DNA of 64,000 nt from Octopus sinensis (Eukaryota), in contig NC_043005.1 of assembly GCF_006345805.1 (NCBI RefSeq), forward strand, positions 76,322,001 to 76,386,000, in the 5' to 3' direction. Shown here one piece after another: positions 12,927 through 25,690 of the stretch. The translations under genes and the position numbers were made by a program. Under the pieces are notes generated by a model. That model did no database searches and had not been told where the DNA came from. It saw nothing but the letters and a program-made list of their open reading frames with translations. How positions within the stretch are numbered: position 1 is the first letter of the stretch; every line of letters starts with the position of its first letter.

Positions 12927-13494
12927 TACAAGGGTGAGTCAAAAAGTAATGTTATTTTGTTTAGGACAGGTATACTTACTAACAGAGGAACATGTATAGT
13001 ACACCAAAATGAAGCTGGTCCTCTCTGGATCACATCCCTATTTTCAACATAGTCACCGTTTCTCCCAATAACAATGTTCCACCTTCGAATGAGAGCATGT
13101 ATCACTGCCCCGTAAAATTCTGTTGACTATTCTTTGAGCCACTTCTTTACTAGTTTTCACTTCTTCGTCTCTGGACTATCATCGCTTAGGCACCACGAAA
13201 GAGGGTTTGAGAGGCCAACATTATTCCAGTGATGAGGAAGAAATGATAGTCCAGTGACGAGGAAGTGAAAACTGTAGTGAAGAAGTGGCTCAAAGAACAG
13301 TCAACAGAATTTTACGGGGCAGGGATAAATGCGCTCATTCGAAGGTGGAACATTGCTATTGAGAGAAATGGTGACTATGTTGAGAAGTAGAGATGTGATC
13401 CACAGAGGACTAGCTTCCTTTTGGTACATGTTCCTCTATTGGTAATTATACATGTCCTAAACAAAATGGCATCACTTTTTGACTCATCCTCGTA
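12927..13494. mobile_element. Fold-back mariner MITE made of two inverted 3' ends
   Basis: TA-CAAGGGTGAGTCAAAAAGT ... ACTTTTTGACTCATCCTCG-TA. Arms 12927-13182 and 13243-13494. The right arm encodes the mariner C-terminus VKTVVKKWLKEQSTEFYGAGINALIRRWNIAIERNGDYVEK*. Confidence 0.9.
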
Positions 13495-13496
13495 CA

Positions 13497-13795
13497 TCAT
13501 GGCCTAGAGGTTAGGGCAGCGGACTCGCGGTAGAGGGATCGTGGGTTCGAATCCCAGACCGGGCGATGTGAGTGTTTATGAGCGAAACACCTAAGCTCCA
13601 CGCGGCTCCGGCAGAAAGTAATGGCGAACTTCTGCTGACTCTTTCGCCACAACTTTCTCTCACTCTTTCCTCCTGCATCATGTAGCTCACCTGCGACGGA
13701 CCGGCGTCCCGTCCAGGTGGGGGACCTATACGCCAAAGAAACCGGTAAACCGTTCCTTATGAGTCAGGCATGGCTTGAGAAGGAACAAACATCAA
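13497..13795 (+). mobile_element. tRNA(Arg-like)-derived SINE, family C
   Basis: A-box TGGCCTAGAGG, B-box GGTTCGAATCC. 3' part GCGACGGACCGGCGTCCCGTCCAGG..GAAACCGG resembles V-SINE-type tails. Confidence 0.85.
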
Positions 13796-14164
13796 CATCA
13801 GTGTCTCTTACCATGAAGGATGCTGTGACAACAGCTAGGAGTCCGTCACTCCTTATAGGTTTATTGCGCACCCTGACACAAACCAAGGGCATTTCTGCCT
13901 TCCCGAAATTATATGGATTGTAATCACATTCGCTAGTTATTCCATAGCTGGGACTCAGACAGGTGCTACAACTCCGGGTCAGAATAGAAGACCTGAGAAC
14001 AACAGTGGTTAAGAAGTGATTCCACAAACCTCAAAACCCCGGACCTCCCGAACTAGAGCTCCACTACTGGATGAAGTTTAAAGTCATACATACATACATA
14101 AATACATACATACATACATACATACATACATGCATACATACATACATATATACATACATGCATT

Positions 14165-14975
14165 CAAACAAAAACACCCTGTTGTTGATGTTGAAACTCA
14201 AATGAAGGAACCTTGGATCTAGGTTAGAAAGCGTCTCTTTCTCTATTTGAAAGAAGTCTTGAAATAAAACTGAACAATGGCATGCATAACTCCGAGGATA
14301 AAGAACTCAGAACATACAGTGTGGTGGGAGCCTTAGCCACTCATAAGAAAAAGGAGTGCCAGCGGAATGCCCCAGTGAAAACCTCAATAAAATGTAAGCA
14401 CAACACACCTGATATAGTGATTTGAGACAGAGAAGAGAAACTGTATAAAGTTGCGGAAATCAGGTGTCCAGTGGATGTTAACATAAAGCTTAAGAACAGT
14501 GATAAAGAGAATACCTACGCTGAACTATTCAGAAATCTGCCGTTACTCTATCCAGATTAAAGTTTAGGTTTTTACTTGTAATTATTGGGGTATTTGAATA
14601 TGTGACACACTGCCTAAATACAAATCTTTAGAAATTAAGCTTCTCAGAACCAGAAAAGAGAAAGCTGATTCGAAGACTACAGACCCAACCCGTCACTGGA
14701 ATTGTAAAAATCTGTAAAACTTCTCAGAAGTTTTATCATTTAAGTATAGATGAGCATGTCTAGATATTCAACTATATGCATTAAAATACGTACATAAAAC
14801 AAAACATACAAATCTGCACATATACATATATATATACATACACACACAAACAAACAAAAATACCTTCTTGATATTGTTGCAATTCCAATGAAGGAGCCTT
14901 GGATCTAGGTTAGAAGACGGTTCTTTCTCTGTTGGCAAGAACTCTTGAAATAAAACTGAATAATGACATGCATAC
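14165..14975 (+). mobile_element. R4-like non-LTR retrotransposon: two tandem 5'-truncated copies in a (TACA)n tract
   Basis: 14339-14710 translates, with stops and a frameshift, to ..KCKHNTPDIVI*DREEKLYKVAEIRCPVDVNIKLKNSDKENTYAELFRNL..LYPD..VIIG.. (restriction-like endonuclease). The 3' UTR is duplicated at 14165-14290 and 14835-14975. (CATA)n lies on both sides. Confidence 0.8.
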
Positions 14976-15036
14976 ATACATACATAGATACATACATGAA
15001 TACATACATACAACCTATTTACATACATATATACAT

Positions 15037-15266
15037 GCGGCGAGCTGGTAGAAACGTTAGCACGCCGGGCGAAATTCGTAGCCGTATTTCGTCTGTCGTT
15101 TCGTTCCGAGTTCAAATTCCGCCGAGGTCGACTTTGCCTTTCATCCTTTTAGGGTCGATAAATTAAGTACAAGTTACGCACTGGGGTCGATGTAATCGAC
15201 TTAATCCCTTTGTCTGTCCTTGTTTGTCCCCTCTGTGTTTAGCCCCTTGTGGGTAGTAAAGAAATA
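15037..15266 (+). mobile_element. SINE family A, full length
   Basis: GGCGAGCTGG.AGAAACGTTAGCACGCCGGGCG ... GAGTTCAAATTCC (B-box) ... GTAGTAAAGAAATA tail. Confidence 0.92.
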
Positions 15267-15514
15267 TATATACATGCAAACATGGATATTTACATTCAAC
15301 ATTTCTATCAAGTGGTTATGAGACGTTTTGGCGGCAGCTGTTTGGCGTCGATGAATCGACGCTGACTTCTTTGATATTGACAAATTAAGTGTACCACGGG
15401 AAGGACATAGTGACCAATGTAAACATTAATAAACTACGTTTGACCTATCTTTGGTTATAAGACTACTCTATCAGAGCTGATATCGAACTAAGCGTTGTCG
15501 TCGCCGTCTATGAC

Positions 15515-15775
15515 AGCGAGCTGGCAGAAATGTTAGCACACCGGGCTAAATGCTTAGCGGTATTTCGTCTGCGTTACGCTGTGAGTTCAAATTCCGCCGA
15601 GGTCGACTTTGCCTTTCATCCTTTCGGGGTCGATAAATTAAGTACCAGTTACGCACTGGGGTCGATGTAATCGACTTAATACCTATGTCTGTCCTTGTTT
15701 GTCCCCTCTGTGTTTAGCCCCTTGTGGGTAGTAAAGAAATAGGTATTTCGAAATGCTTATCGGTATTTCGTGATG
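15515..15775 (+). mobile_element. SINE family A, full length, with a tail-to-internal junction
   Basis: As above, followed by GGTATTTCG. Confidence 0.9.
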
Positions 15776-16383
15776 TTAGCTTCTACCCAAAACAACCCTG
15801 TGGACAAATTTTCTGCCCTAAAGCAATCTCCTGATATATTTAAGAACAGAATTGGTTGAGTTTCCAGCTATTGTTGCGTTTAAACACCAAATCATATCTG
15901 ATCGAACAGATTTACGATAAAAATTGTTCCAGTAGAGACCAATGCATATTCTTTTCTCCAATAAGCTCTACTAGTATGTAGGAGATTTAGCTGCTCTTTC
16001 TACTCTCTCGGGGATGGAGTAGAAGCCGTGTTTTCGTTTGGTTCGTTGTCCTAACAGTGCTTATATAACGTTATTGAAGTGAGAATTTCAGTCCAGTCTC
16101 TGCAAAAGTGTTGAATGAATAAATAAATAATCATAACGGATGAGGTTTAAAGAACTTCCGATCTCGAAGACTAACACTTCCAGATAAGCAAGAACAACGT
16201 GAGGTATAAGATGTAAGATAGAGGTGTCTCTTCTTCAACAGCTATTTATCCGGAGTGCAGTCACTGTTATGTTCTGTGTCGTTGTCATTGACAACACTGA
16301 CGTCATAGGCAACATCGATGATCTTTTAATAGCTGTCTTCGTCTTCTTCGTCGTCGATGACGTAGAAATAGCAGCAACAGTAA

Positions 16384-16418
<35 letters not shown>

Positions 16419-16650
16419 ACAAAATAAAATTATTTCAAGAAATATATGAAATTAATTTGCCTGTAAGACGAAAAAATGTCTGTAAATTGATTTCTATAAA
16501 GCAATTCAGAACAAGACTTCTAAGATTATATATATTCGAATATGCTCAACAGTTTGTTGTTTATATTAGACTCTGTAATTTCGGTTGGGTCTCACATATG
16601 TAATATATATTCAGTAAATTGGAAAACTTGGATTGCTTGAGATTAGCTAC

Positions 16651-17023
16651 TCTTTTTCTGGTTTCAGTTATTTGAATGTGGCTTTGCTGGAGCATCGCCT
16701 TTAGTCGAGCAAATCGACCCCAGGACTTATTCTTTGTAAGTCTAGTATTTACACTATCGGTTTCTTTTGCCGAACCGCTAAGTTACGGGGACATAAACAC
16801 GCCATCATCGGTTGTCAAGTGATATTGGGCGGGGGGAACAAACACACACACACACACATATATATATACATATATACGACGGGCTTCTTTCAGTTTCCGT
16901 CTACCAAATCCACACACAAGGCTTTGGTCGGTCCGAGGCTATAGTAAAAGACACTTGCCCAAGGTGCCACGCAGTGGGATTGAACCCGGTCCCATGTGGT
17001 TGGTAACCACACAGCCACTCCTG
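16651..17023 (-). mobile_element. SINE family B, near full length, with internal microsatellite
   Basis: The 5' half (tRNA-like head, CCTTGGGCAAGTGTCTT) and the 3' half are joined by (TA)n(TG)n. Confidence 0.9.
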
Positions 17024-17129
17024 TGTATAGCTATATTGCGTATACAAGATAGTTGATTTTCCGTTTAATATTCATTGTCTATCTATATTCAATTAGGTAG
17101 CATACTGGGCAAAGTACATTTCTTCTGGC

Positions 17130-17650
17130 TTCAAGTCCTGAGTTCAAATCCCGCCGAGGTCAATTTGCTTTTCAACCTTTTGAGCACTGTGGTCGATGAA
17201 ATCGAAGAGCACCCGTCAGAAAAAGAAAAAAATCAGGCCTTGTGCTTATAGTAGAAAGGATAATCTATGTTGAATAAGACGGCGAGCCGGTAGAATCGTT
17301 AGCACGACGCACAAAATGCTTAGCGGCATTTCATTCATTCTGACTTCAGATTCTGTCAGGGGTCGAATTCTCCTTTCATCCTCGCATAATCGATAAAATA
17401 AATACTAGTCGCGTAACGAGGATGGATGTAACCGACTTCCCCCACCCCTCAATAAAATTTCAGGCCTTGTGCGTATAGTAGAAAGAATTATGTTGAATTC
17501 CGCCGAGGTCAACTTTGCTTTTCAACTTTCCGTCGGGGTCGATAAAATACGTCTTTGTTGAGCACTGGAGTCGATGTATTCGACTTACCTCCTCTCCACA
17601 CCCCAACAAAAAACCTCCAGAAATTCCAGACCTTGTGTCAAAATTAGAAA
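17130..17650 (+). mobile_element. Cluster of three decayed family A SINEs (alternative tail TCAGGCCTTGTGC.TATAGTAGAAAG)
   Basis: Repeated CGCCGAGGTC..TTTGC.TTTCA.C.TT..GTCGAT cores. Confidence 0.8.
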
Positions 17651-18020
17651 ATTGCTAATATGGACTGCAATATATTTTTGCGTAATATTGGTTTTAAATG
17701 GAATTTTTTAATCTTTTGTTAGTTGATTTATTATTTTTTTTTCGCTGGTTACTCAATATGTGCGTATGTATCACTCTCTCTTTCTGTTTCTCTCCTACTC
17801 TCTTCCCCCTCTCACTGTCTGTCTGTCTGTCTCTCTGTCTGTTAACATTCTTAATGAACGCTTACTTAATTTCTATGATCCGTAGTATCATTCTGGTTTC
17901 AAACATCAGTGTAGATTTACAACCGAGTAAGTATTAAGATAGATATGTCTTGAGACCAAAAATTAGTTTTGTTGAAACGAGTAGAGAGAGGGGGAGAAAG
18001 AGATAGATAGACAGACAGAA

Positions 18021-18062
<42 letters not shown>

Positions 18063-18072
18063 TATATATATA

Positions 18073-18126
<54 letters not shown>

Positions 18127-18379
18127 TGAAAGATTAGACAATGACTAAATTTGGTGGAAGTAAAAGAGTAACAACTCCAAAATATTAATAAAATTTATTC
18201 AAATTTTGACCCAAGTCAGTAATTGTAGAGGGTGGGAGTTTGTCTATTATGTTGATACCAGTACGCATCTGGAAGTTATTTTATCGACCCGGAAGGATGA
18301 AAGTTTAAGTCGACCTGGTTAGAATTTGAAATCACATGCAAATATAGAAATTAAAACAGCCGGCGGACTAAGGCAAGAA

Positions 18380-18715
18380 CGGCAACAACTCCAGACATGC
18401 TTTGCTCTGATAAGTCTTTCTCTGTGAAACATATAACCTTTGCTAAATTATGAGGGTGTAAAGGAACCAACACCGGTTATCAAGCTGTGTGTGTGTGATG
18501 GTGGAGGGACAAGCACAAGCAAAAAGACACACATATCTGTACACATGAGAGGCTTCCAATCAGCTTCTGTCGGCATGACTGCGTAGTTAAGAAACTTGCT
18601 ATGCAACGATGTCGTTTCGGATTCAGGCCCTTTGCACGGTAACTTGGAGACCTGTTTTCTACTATAGCCTTTGGTCCGACCAATGCTTTGTGAGTAAATT
18701 TGGTAGACGGAAACT
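18380..18715. mobile_element. Composite of SINE family B fragments in both orientations
   Basis: ACCAACACCGGTT.TCAAGC (minus 3' half); CTACTATAGCCTT.GG.CCGACCAA.GCTTTGTGAGT.AATTTGGTAGACGGAAACT (plus 5' half). Confidence 0.7.
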
Positions 18716-18786
18716 ATGTATGTATGTATGTATGTATGTATGTATGTATGTATGTATGTATGTATGTATGTATGTATGTATGTATG

Positions 18787-18817
<31 letters not shown>

Positions 18818-19702
18818 ATCTATCTATCTATCTATCTCTCCCTCTTTTACCCTGGGTCCTCATTTTATTGCGGTGGGTGGTGCGGTCGAAGTGGCTCTAT
18901 TGCAAAGACGTGTTTTGAGTATTTTTAGATCTGACGTACAAAATCCCATTTATAGCCAATTTCTTCATGAAAAAGAAAATAAAACGGTCAGACAGAGAGA
19001 AAGAGTGAGAGAAACAGACGAAAAGAACACAGTGCTGAACAGGCATTTTATTCATCTACCCGAAAGGATAAAAAGCAAATTTGACCTCGGCAACTCAGAG
19101 CTTTAAAAACAGGGATAATTATGTATTAAATATTCGCAACATTATTTCATAAGATATAATTAGAATATTCATTGTCCAATTATACAGTAACTTATTTGTA
19201 GGAAAAGATTCATAAGAAAAACTTTACGCTCATATATTTTTACTATTAAGTGTAATTTTCGTTCCTTCGGTTTATGATAAAACGGTCGTTCGTTTCGATT
19301 TCCCTGGAGATATTTGTGCGAAACTTACTGTTATATATATGTGGCAAGCTTATAAATTAGCTTCCTTATAGCCCTATGATGAGCTATTAAAGCAGAGCAT
19401 AATTCAATGCCAGGAGAATTTATTAGATATTTTATTTAATATTTGGTAATATAGATAAGATTAATCCTCAGTATATTTAAATGTATAACTACGTACATAT
19501 TTAAATAGCTCTGTTGACAACGCAGTCTATAGCTTGTCCGCAATAGAGATGTCTCTGTATCATATATTTATGTAATGAAATCGAATAAATGCAATATTAT
19601 GAGATAGAATTATGAGATATCAGCATGTTCATAGCCCAGTGTACGGATTTCCAGCCAGCATCAAAATAATTTGTGCGCGTGTGTGTGTGTATGTGTGTTT
19701 GC

Positions 19703-19758
<56 letters not shown>

Positions 19759-19951
19759 AATGTCTATGTGTAAACATGTATAGGTGGTGTACCCTTGCGG
19801 TGCGGTCAGTTGGTACAAGAGAGATGATTATTTCCTATTTGGCAGGGTTAGAAATTTGAATAAGGAAAAAGCTGCATAAAATACATATATTGACTTTCCA
19901 TTTGTCTGTCTGAACACACACACTCAGACATACAAAACAGACACGCACACA

Positions 19952-20473
19952 TACCGTAAATCCTCGAGTATAGTCCGCCCTTGAGTATAATGCGCAGGGA
20001 ATTTTCAGGGAACTGTACTTCTGAAAAAACTAAACCTTGTGTATAATACGCACCCCTCTCTAACTTGAGTCGTGCGTAATTAAGCCTACGGCACCTAGTC
20101 AATCAATCACTTTCGCGCATGCGTAATACAATAATGGTGATGTTCTTAACTGTTATATGAGAATGTAAATATGTTTGCAAATTGTTTTTGTTGTATGTTA
20201 TTCTGTGTTCTGAATACTTTTATTTTGATAAATGTTGCTTACAGCAAGTTATGGATGATTCTTTTGAGACTTTATTGCTTTCAGGCTTAGCTTTAGGTAT
20301 TTTCGCGCTCGACATCACAAAATGCGTCTGAATAAACATTGCCGGACAGCGAATAGAGACTCGGACATTGCTTAGAAAATAATTTTCATTTTTAACCTCG
20401 TATATAGTACGCACTAGGGATTTTTACCTTTAAATTTTGGGGAAAAAATGCTGCTTATACTCGATTTACGGTA
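19952..20473. mobile_element. pogo/Tigger-like non-autonomous DNA transposon
   Basis: Terminal inverted repeats TA-CCGTAAATCCTCGAGTATA ... TATACTCGATTTACGG-TA. Confidence 0.75.
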
Positions 20474-20544
20474 TATATTAATGTCAAGGGTACTCTTGTT
20501 TGTGAAATGCACAGGCGCTCAGTTGATCAAATAACTAGTCAAGT

Positions 20545-20910
20545 TGGCTTGTTTGGTACAAGGGTACTTTGCGGTTACTGTTGGTCGGATATTGTACCCA
20601 TCCATTGACTATAGTCAGAAACTGGGATGCGTTCTGTCTCCTATAAGACTCGGGAGCGTCAGCTCAGATTCTTTGGTCATGTTGCTCGATTTTCCAAGTT
20701 GGACCCTGCGTATCGCGTTCTCTTCTCTCTAGACCCAACTCGAGTGACGGCTTGTATGGGTGGGCACACTGTCATATGGTCATGGCAGATGAGAAAGTAT
20801 CTCGCAACGATGGGAACTTACTGGGATACTGCTGGGAAGATGGCTTGGAACCACTCGAGCAAGTGCCGACAAATGGTGGATGCAGCGATGCCTGACCTAG
20901 TCTGATCTGA
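20545..20910 (+). mobile_element. RTE-clade LINE, 3' end of ORF (5'-truncated)
   Basis: ORF 20627-20905 contains RERQLRFFGHVARFSKLDPAYRVL, the typical RTE post-RT C-terminal motif. Confidence 0.8.
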
Positions 20911-21064
20911 ACAGCTAAATATTCAACATGGAACACATGGAGTACCACACACACACACACGCACACACACACACACATACACACTTACACATACTTACAC
21001 ACACGTACACATAAGTACATGCAAATATATATATATATATAATATATATATGTATGTATGTATA

Positions 21065-21095
<31 letters not shown>

Positions 21096-21619
21096 TTATA
21101 TATATATGTATGTATATATATATGTATATATATATGTACATTATATATGTATATGTGTGTGTGTGTGTGTGTGTGTAAGTGTGTGGGTGCTTGTGTGTGT
21201 TTGTGCGTGTGTGAGCGTGTGTGTGTGTGTGTGTTTGTGGACAGCTATACATTTTAATTTACTGGCTATAATACAATGTATATTCATAGGTATTATATTG
21301 AATACCGTTTAAAATTGCTCTTCACATTATGACTAAAAGTTCAAACATCTACAATATAATACTATGGTATCTAAATTTTCACCAATCTGGCCAATGGAGA
21401 TTAAAAACGCATTAAGCGCTATCATTTGTTACATAGATAGAAGAAACAATATTTTGTGTCACCGGTGAAATGATCAAAGGAATTGTGTGCATACAATTTC
21501 TGTTGTACGAATAACTGTAAGTGACCTCGCATTCTTGAAGGAGCATGTGATGAATATTCTAGTTCTATGTTCTAAAATACAAATCGCAATATTTTTCGAT
21601 ATAGCTAATCTCTAATTGC

Positions 21620-21830
21620 TTCAGTCTTTCGACAGCGGTCATGCTGGAGCACCGCCTTGAAGTGTTTTAGTCGAACAAATCGATCTCAGCAGTGATCGAT
21701 TGTTAAAGTCTGATGATTATTTAGTAGATCTCTTTTGCTGAACCGCTGAGTTACGGGGACGTACAGAATCTACGATGTGTTGTCAAGCAATGACTGAGTG
21801 TGGTGTGTTTGATAAAAACAAACACAAAGA
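21620..21830 (-). mobile_element. SINE family B 3' half
   Basis: GCGGTCATGCTGGAGCACCGCC..CTCTTTTGCTGAACCGCT.AGTTACGGGGACGTA. Confidence 0.85.
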
Positions 21831-21834
21831 CACA

Positions 21835-21873
<39 letters not shown>

Positions 21874-22033
21874 GCACACACACACACACACACAAACAAA
21901 CACACACATACACACATACACAACACACATATATATAAATATGTATATTGTGAGTTGTTCACATATCCCACCAATAAACACACACTAAAACATTAGGACA
22001 GTAATATATTTAGAAGGTTGTTTATTATGGCTG

Positions 22034-22130
22034 GTCAGAGGGTGACCATTGGTTTCGCACCTATAAAAAGCTTATACAGCCTATACAGCTAAGCGTTTTA
22101 TAGGTGCGCTACCAATGGTACCCCTTTGAC
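22034..22130. repeat. 97-bp inverted repeat (41-bp arms)
   Basis: GTCAGAGGGTGACCATTGGTTTCGCACCTATAAAAAGCTTA / TAAGCGTTTTATAGGTGCGCTACCAATGGTACCCCTTTGAC. Confidence 0.85.
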
Positions 22131-22136
22131 AAACAA

Positions 22137-22180
<44 letters not shown>

Positions 22181-22224
22181 TTACTTGGAAATGGATGCAT
22201 GACATTCAGTCAAATAATAATGTA

Positions 22225-22322
<98 letters not shown>

Positions 22323-22353
22323 GCATATATATATGTGCGTATGTGAGTGCGTA

Positions 22354-22438
<85 letters not shown>

Positions 22439-22534
22439 GTGTGTGTGTGAGTGGTTCTCCATGTGTTACATGATGAGTATTTAGCTGTTCAGATCAGTGT
22501 AAGTCAGTTATACGAGCATGCGTTGTTGCAATAT

Positions 22535-22759
22535 TCTCGGGCCGACCAAAGCCTTGTGAATGGATTTGGTAGACGGAAACTGAATGAAACGCGTAACCGA
22601 TGGTGGTGCGTTTACGTCCCCATAAATTGGCGGCTCAGCAAAAGTGACCGATAGAATAAGTACTATTCTTACAAAAGATAAGTCCTCGGATCCATCTGCT
22701 CGTCTAAAGGTGGTGCTCCGGGATTGCTGCAGTAAAAACGACTGAAACAAGTAAAAGAG

Positions 22760-22760
<1 letters not shown>
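22535..22760 (+). mobile_element. SINE family B, internally deleted (no central microsatellite)
   Basis: GGTAGACGGAAACTGA joins almost directly to AACCGATGGTGGTG. Confidence 0.8.
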
Positions 22761-22795
<35 letters not shown>

Positions 22796-23687
22796 CACAT
22801 GCATATATGGGTACAGGATATCACCAGCAGTAAACACCATGAAATGCGAAAACAAAATGTGTTCAATACGGCAACAACGAGAGAAACAAATAGAAAGCAG
22901 GACAAGAAGATAAATAAATATATAAGGATAAGTAAGGAGAGAAGAGGAGGTAAAGGAAGATAACGTAAAGAATACAAAATAAAGTAAAATGAAAGGAATT
23001 CATTGAGCTTAGTAGGTGCCAGTCATGTTCTAGTTTGCAGGGGTTGCGGAGAAAATCAAGGAGTATGTGTTTGTGTCCGTTTTATGGCTAAGGTCAGTAG
23101 CTATAAAAGTATTTTTTTAGCAATGGGGTTATGAGTATGTATGTAGTCATGAATGGAGAAACCAGTTGACTGTTAAATTATTTAGAAAGAAAAGTTACAA
23201 CTAACGATTAGGGGATATAATAGGTTAAGGTTTATAATGTACTAAGGTTGATAGAAAAGATATACAAGAGTATATAATATTCTTCCGCACTTTTAAATTC
23301 TTCTGTAAATTCTTCCGTAAATCCAAATGTAAACTTACCCCCACACAACACTCACACATAACACACAATACCTCCAGCCTCCTACCAATACCTTTCTCTC
23401 TCTATATTTATTTTTCTTTCTCTTTATCCTTTAACAGCCACCTCCGCTATCACTCTTTACGAATATTCGATATGTTTGCGTTTATCGCTGGATGTTTACA
23501 CTATGTAGGCTATAACCATACATGGATTTACATAGGATTGCATCTCAGGACATATGGACTAACATCTACACCATCGGAAAGTTGTATTGTGAAATTTTAT
23601 GCTCCTTTGTATTGTTTTCTTTATTCCTTTATCTCCAATCCTCAATATCATCGTTTCCCTAATCTATACTTCACATTTTCCCTACTT

Positions 23688-23743
23688 GTCTCCGATGACG
23701 GAATATCCCATATTTTGTGATATCCCAGAAACAACTGTAAGAC
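23688..23743 (+). ncRNA. Type I hammerhead motif, CCGAUGA core, in a PLE-like 3' end (about 23350-23830)
   Basis: GTCT-CCGATGA-CGGAATATC...GATATCCCA-GAAA-CAACTG-TA-AGAC. Same stem I as the 9767 copy. Confidence 0.72.
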
Positions 23744-24269
23744 TTCAAAATCTTTCCAATAATAATAACGTATATGACTTGAGATGTTTGTCTTGCCTTA
23801 ATGTTTGTTGTCCTCTTTAACAATTATATAAATACGGGCTTTCACGCAGTTTCAGTCTACCAAATTCATTCACTAGATCATCAGAAAACTAAATTATTTA
23901 CTTATAATTCTTTAAATAGCCATTTTGTTTCCTTTCATGTGTAACATGATGTATTGATGTAATTAGTTACTAAGCTTGGAAGTTATTTCCCTTGGGACCA
24001 GTGGGTGACAAATTTCGGGACTAATCTATATATCAAGTGAAGAAAAAAAATGAATAGACAAACAAAGTGAAATTAAGTAAATTTTGTCCAAAATATATGG
24101 TTAAAGAACATAAGAAAAATCGGCTCCGTATGGGATATTAACTTTTATATCCGAAGTCGTTTGGGAATTTCCGCATGGACTTCTATGTTCAATAACTGTT
24201 TGTATATACATATAAGTACATAGATACATACACAAATATACATATATATAAGTTTATATATTATATATA

Positions 24270-24307
<38 letters not shown>

Positions 24308-24889
24308 TATATATATATTATGTATTTGGTATATATATATGTATATGTGTGTGGTGTGTGCTTGTGTGTGTGTATATATATTTATGCAACTGCATGTGTA
24401 TGCATTTTTGTGTGTGCGTGCGTTCGCACGATCGTGTAATGTGTGTGTGATTGCGTGTGAGTTTGTGTGTATGTGTGTACTTGTGTGTGTGTGTGTATGC
24501 TACATCAATATAACAGCCAGAGACATCAAAAAGGGCGCCTACGTTCTGTGCCTCTATTGGCAGCTGACCACAAATGTCAATGGGTTTTAAGCCTGCAGAT
24601 ATGGAAATATTGCCAAAGTGACAAAATTGCTTTAGAAACACACCATATTTCATTGACAACATTGTTGATTTGTGTCAGTACGTATGCACATACACACACA
24701 CACTTACACATACGTATGTACGTACGTATGTATGTATGCATGTATGCACGTGTGCATATACATATACATGCGTGTGTGTGTTTATTTTACTTTTTGCTAT
24801 GCTTTAGTTACACCGAGGTTTATTTATTAGATGTCGAATAACAAAATAAACTGATATTTATTTAGCGTTTGGATTTGCAAATGGCGACT

Positions 24890-25100
24890 GAATTGTCGAA
24901 ATCGTTAAAGAGACAGAAAAATACCTCGTGGTATTTCCTTCCGGTTGTTTACCTTCCGGGTCTAAATCGTACCGAGATTAACCATACTTTTCGTCAATCC
25001 CGGTCTGATAAAATTAAGTACGTGTTTAGTAATGCAGTCCATAGTATCGACTAATGCCTTTCCTTGGAGGGTGCTGGCCTTTTGGCAAAGTTTTTGGTTA
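24890..25100 (+). mobile_element. Decayed SINE family A
   Basis: GGCGA.TG....GAAATCGTTA..; CCTTTTCGTCAATCCCGG.CTGATAAAATTAAGTAC. Confidence 0.65.
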
Positions 25101-25115
25101 TTATTATTGTTGTTG

Positions 25116-25154
<39 letters not shown>

Positions 25155-25237
25155 TATTATTATTATTATTATTCTCATTATATTCTTCGTTTCTCTCTCT
25201 TACATAATATACGACAGTAAGAGAGAGTGAAGAAGAA

Positions 25238-25282
<45 letters not shown>

Positions 25283-25283
25283 T

Positions 25284-25690
25284 TTATGATTCAGTACGAC
25301 CACAAGATAGAGAATAGGGAGCCAGACAGTCTTAATTGAGAAAGAAAGCAAACTATACTGGATCATAGATATAGCATGCCCTGCTGACAACAAAGTATAC
25401 GATAAGGAAGAAAGAAAAGTCGATAGATATGATAGGTTAGCTTGGGAGGTTAAGCAGTTGTGGTCGATGAAAAAAAGTGCTAGTAGTATCAACATTGTCG
25501 GAGCCCTGGGAACAGTGAGTAAAATCTTGAGAAGTACATGGAACAAATAGGGGTTGCAATAAGGGTAGAGCACTTGAAGAAAACAGCACTGCTTGGAACA
25601 ACTCGAATACTCCGGATGGTGCTCGAAAAATAAGAGGTGTTACCTTAGTTCACTGGTAATGAACAGCTGACATCGTAGTACATCTCCAGC
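25284..25690 (+). mobile_element. Dong/R4-clade retrotransposon, C-terminal REL endonuclease plus 3' UTR, preceded by (TAA)n
   Basis: With frameshifts: IQYDHKIENREPD.VLIEKESKLYWIIDIACPADNKVYDKEERKVDRYDRLAWEVKQLWSMKK..IVGALGTV..LKKTALLGTTRILRMVLEK*. Confidence 0.88.

Noticed and set aside
13497-13565. tRNA gene (also at 41865-41935, 56640 and 56860)
   Set aside because: The A and B boxes are present, but the acceptor stem is not closed and each continues into a shared SINE body, so these are SINE heads
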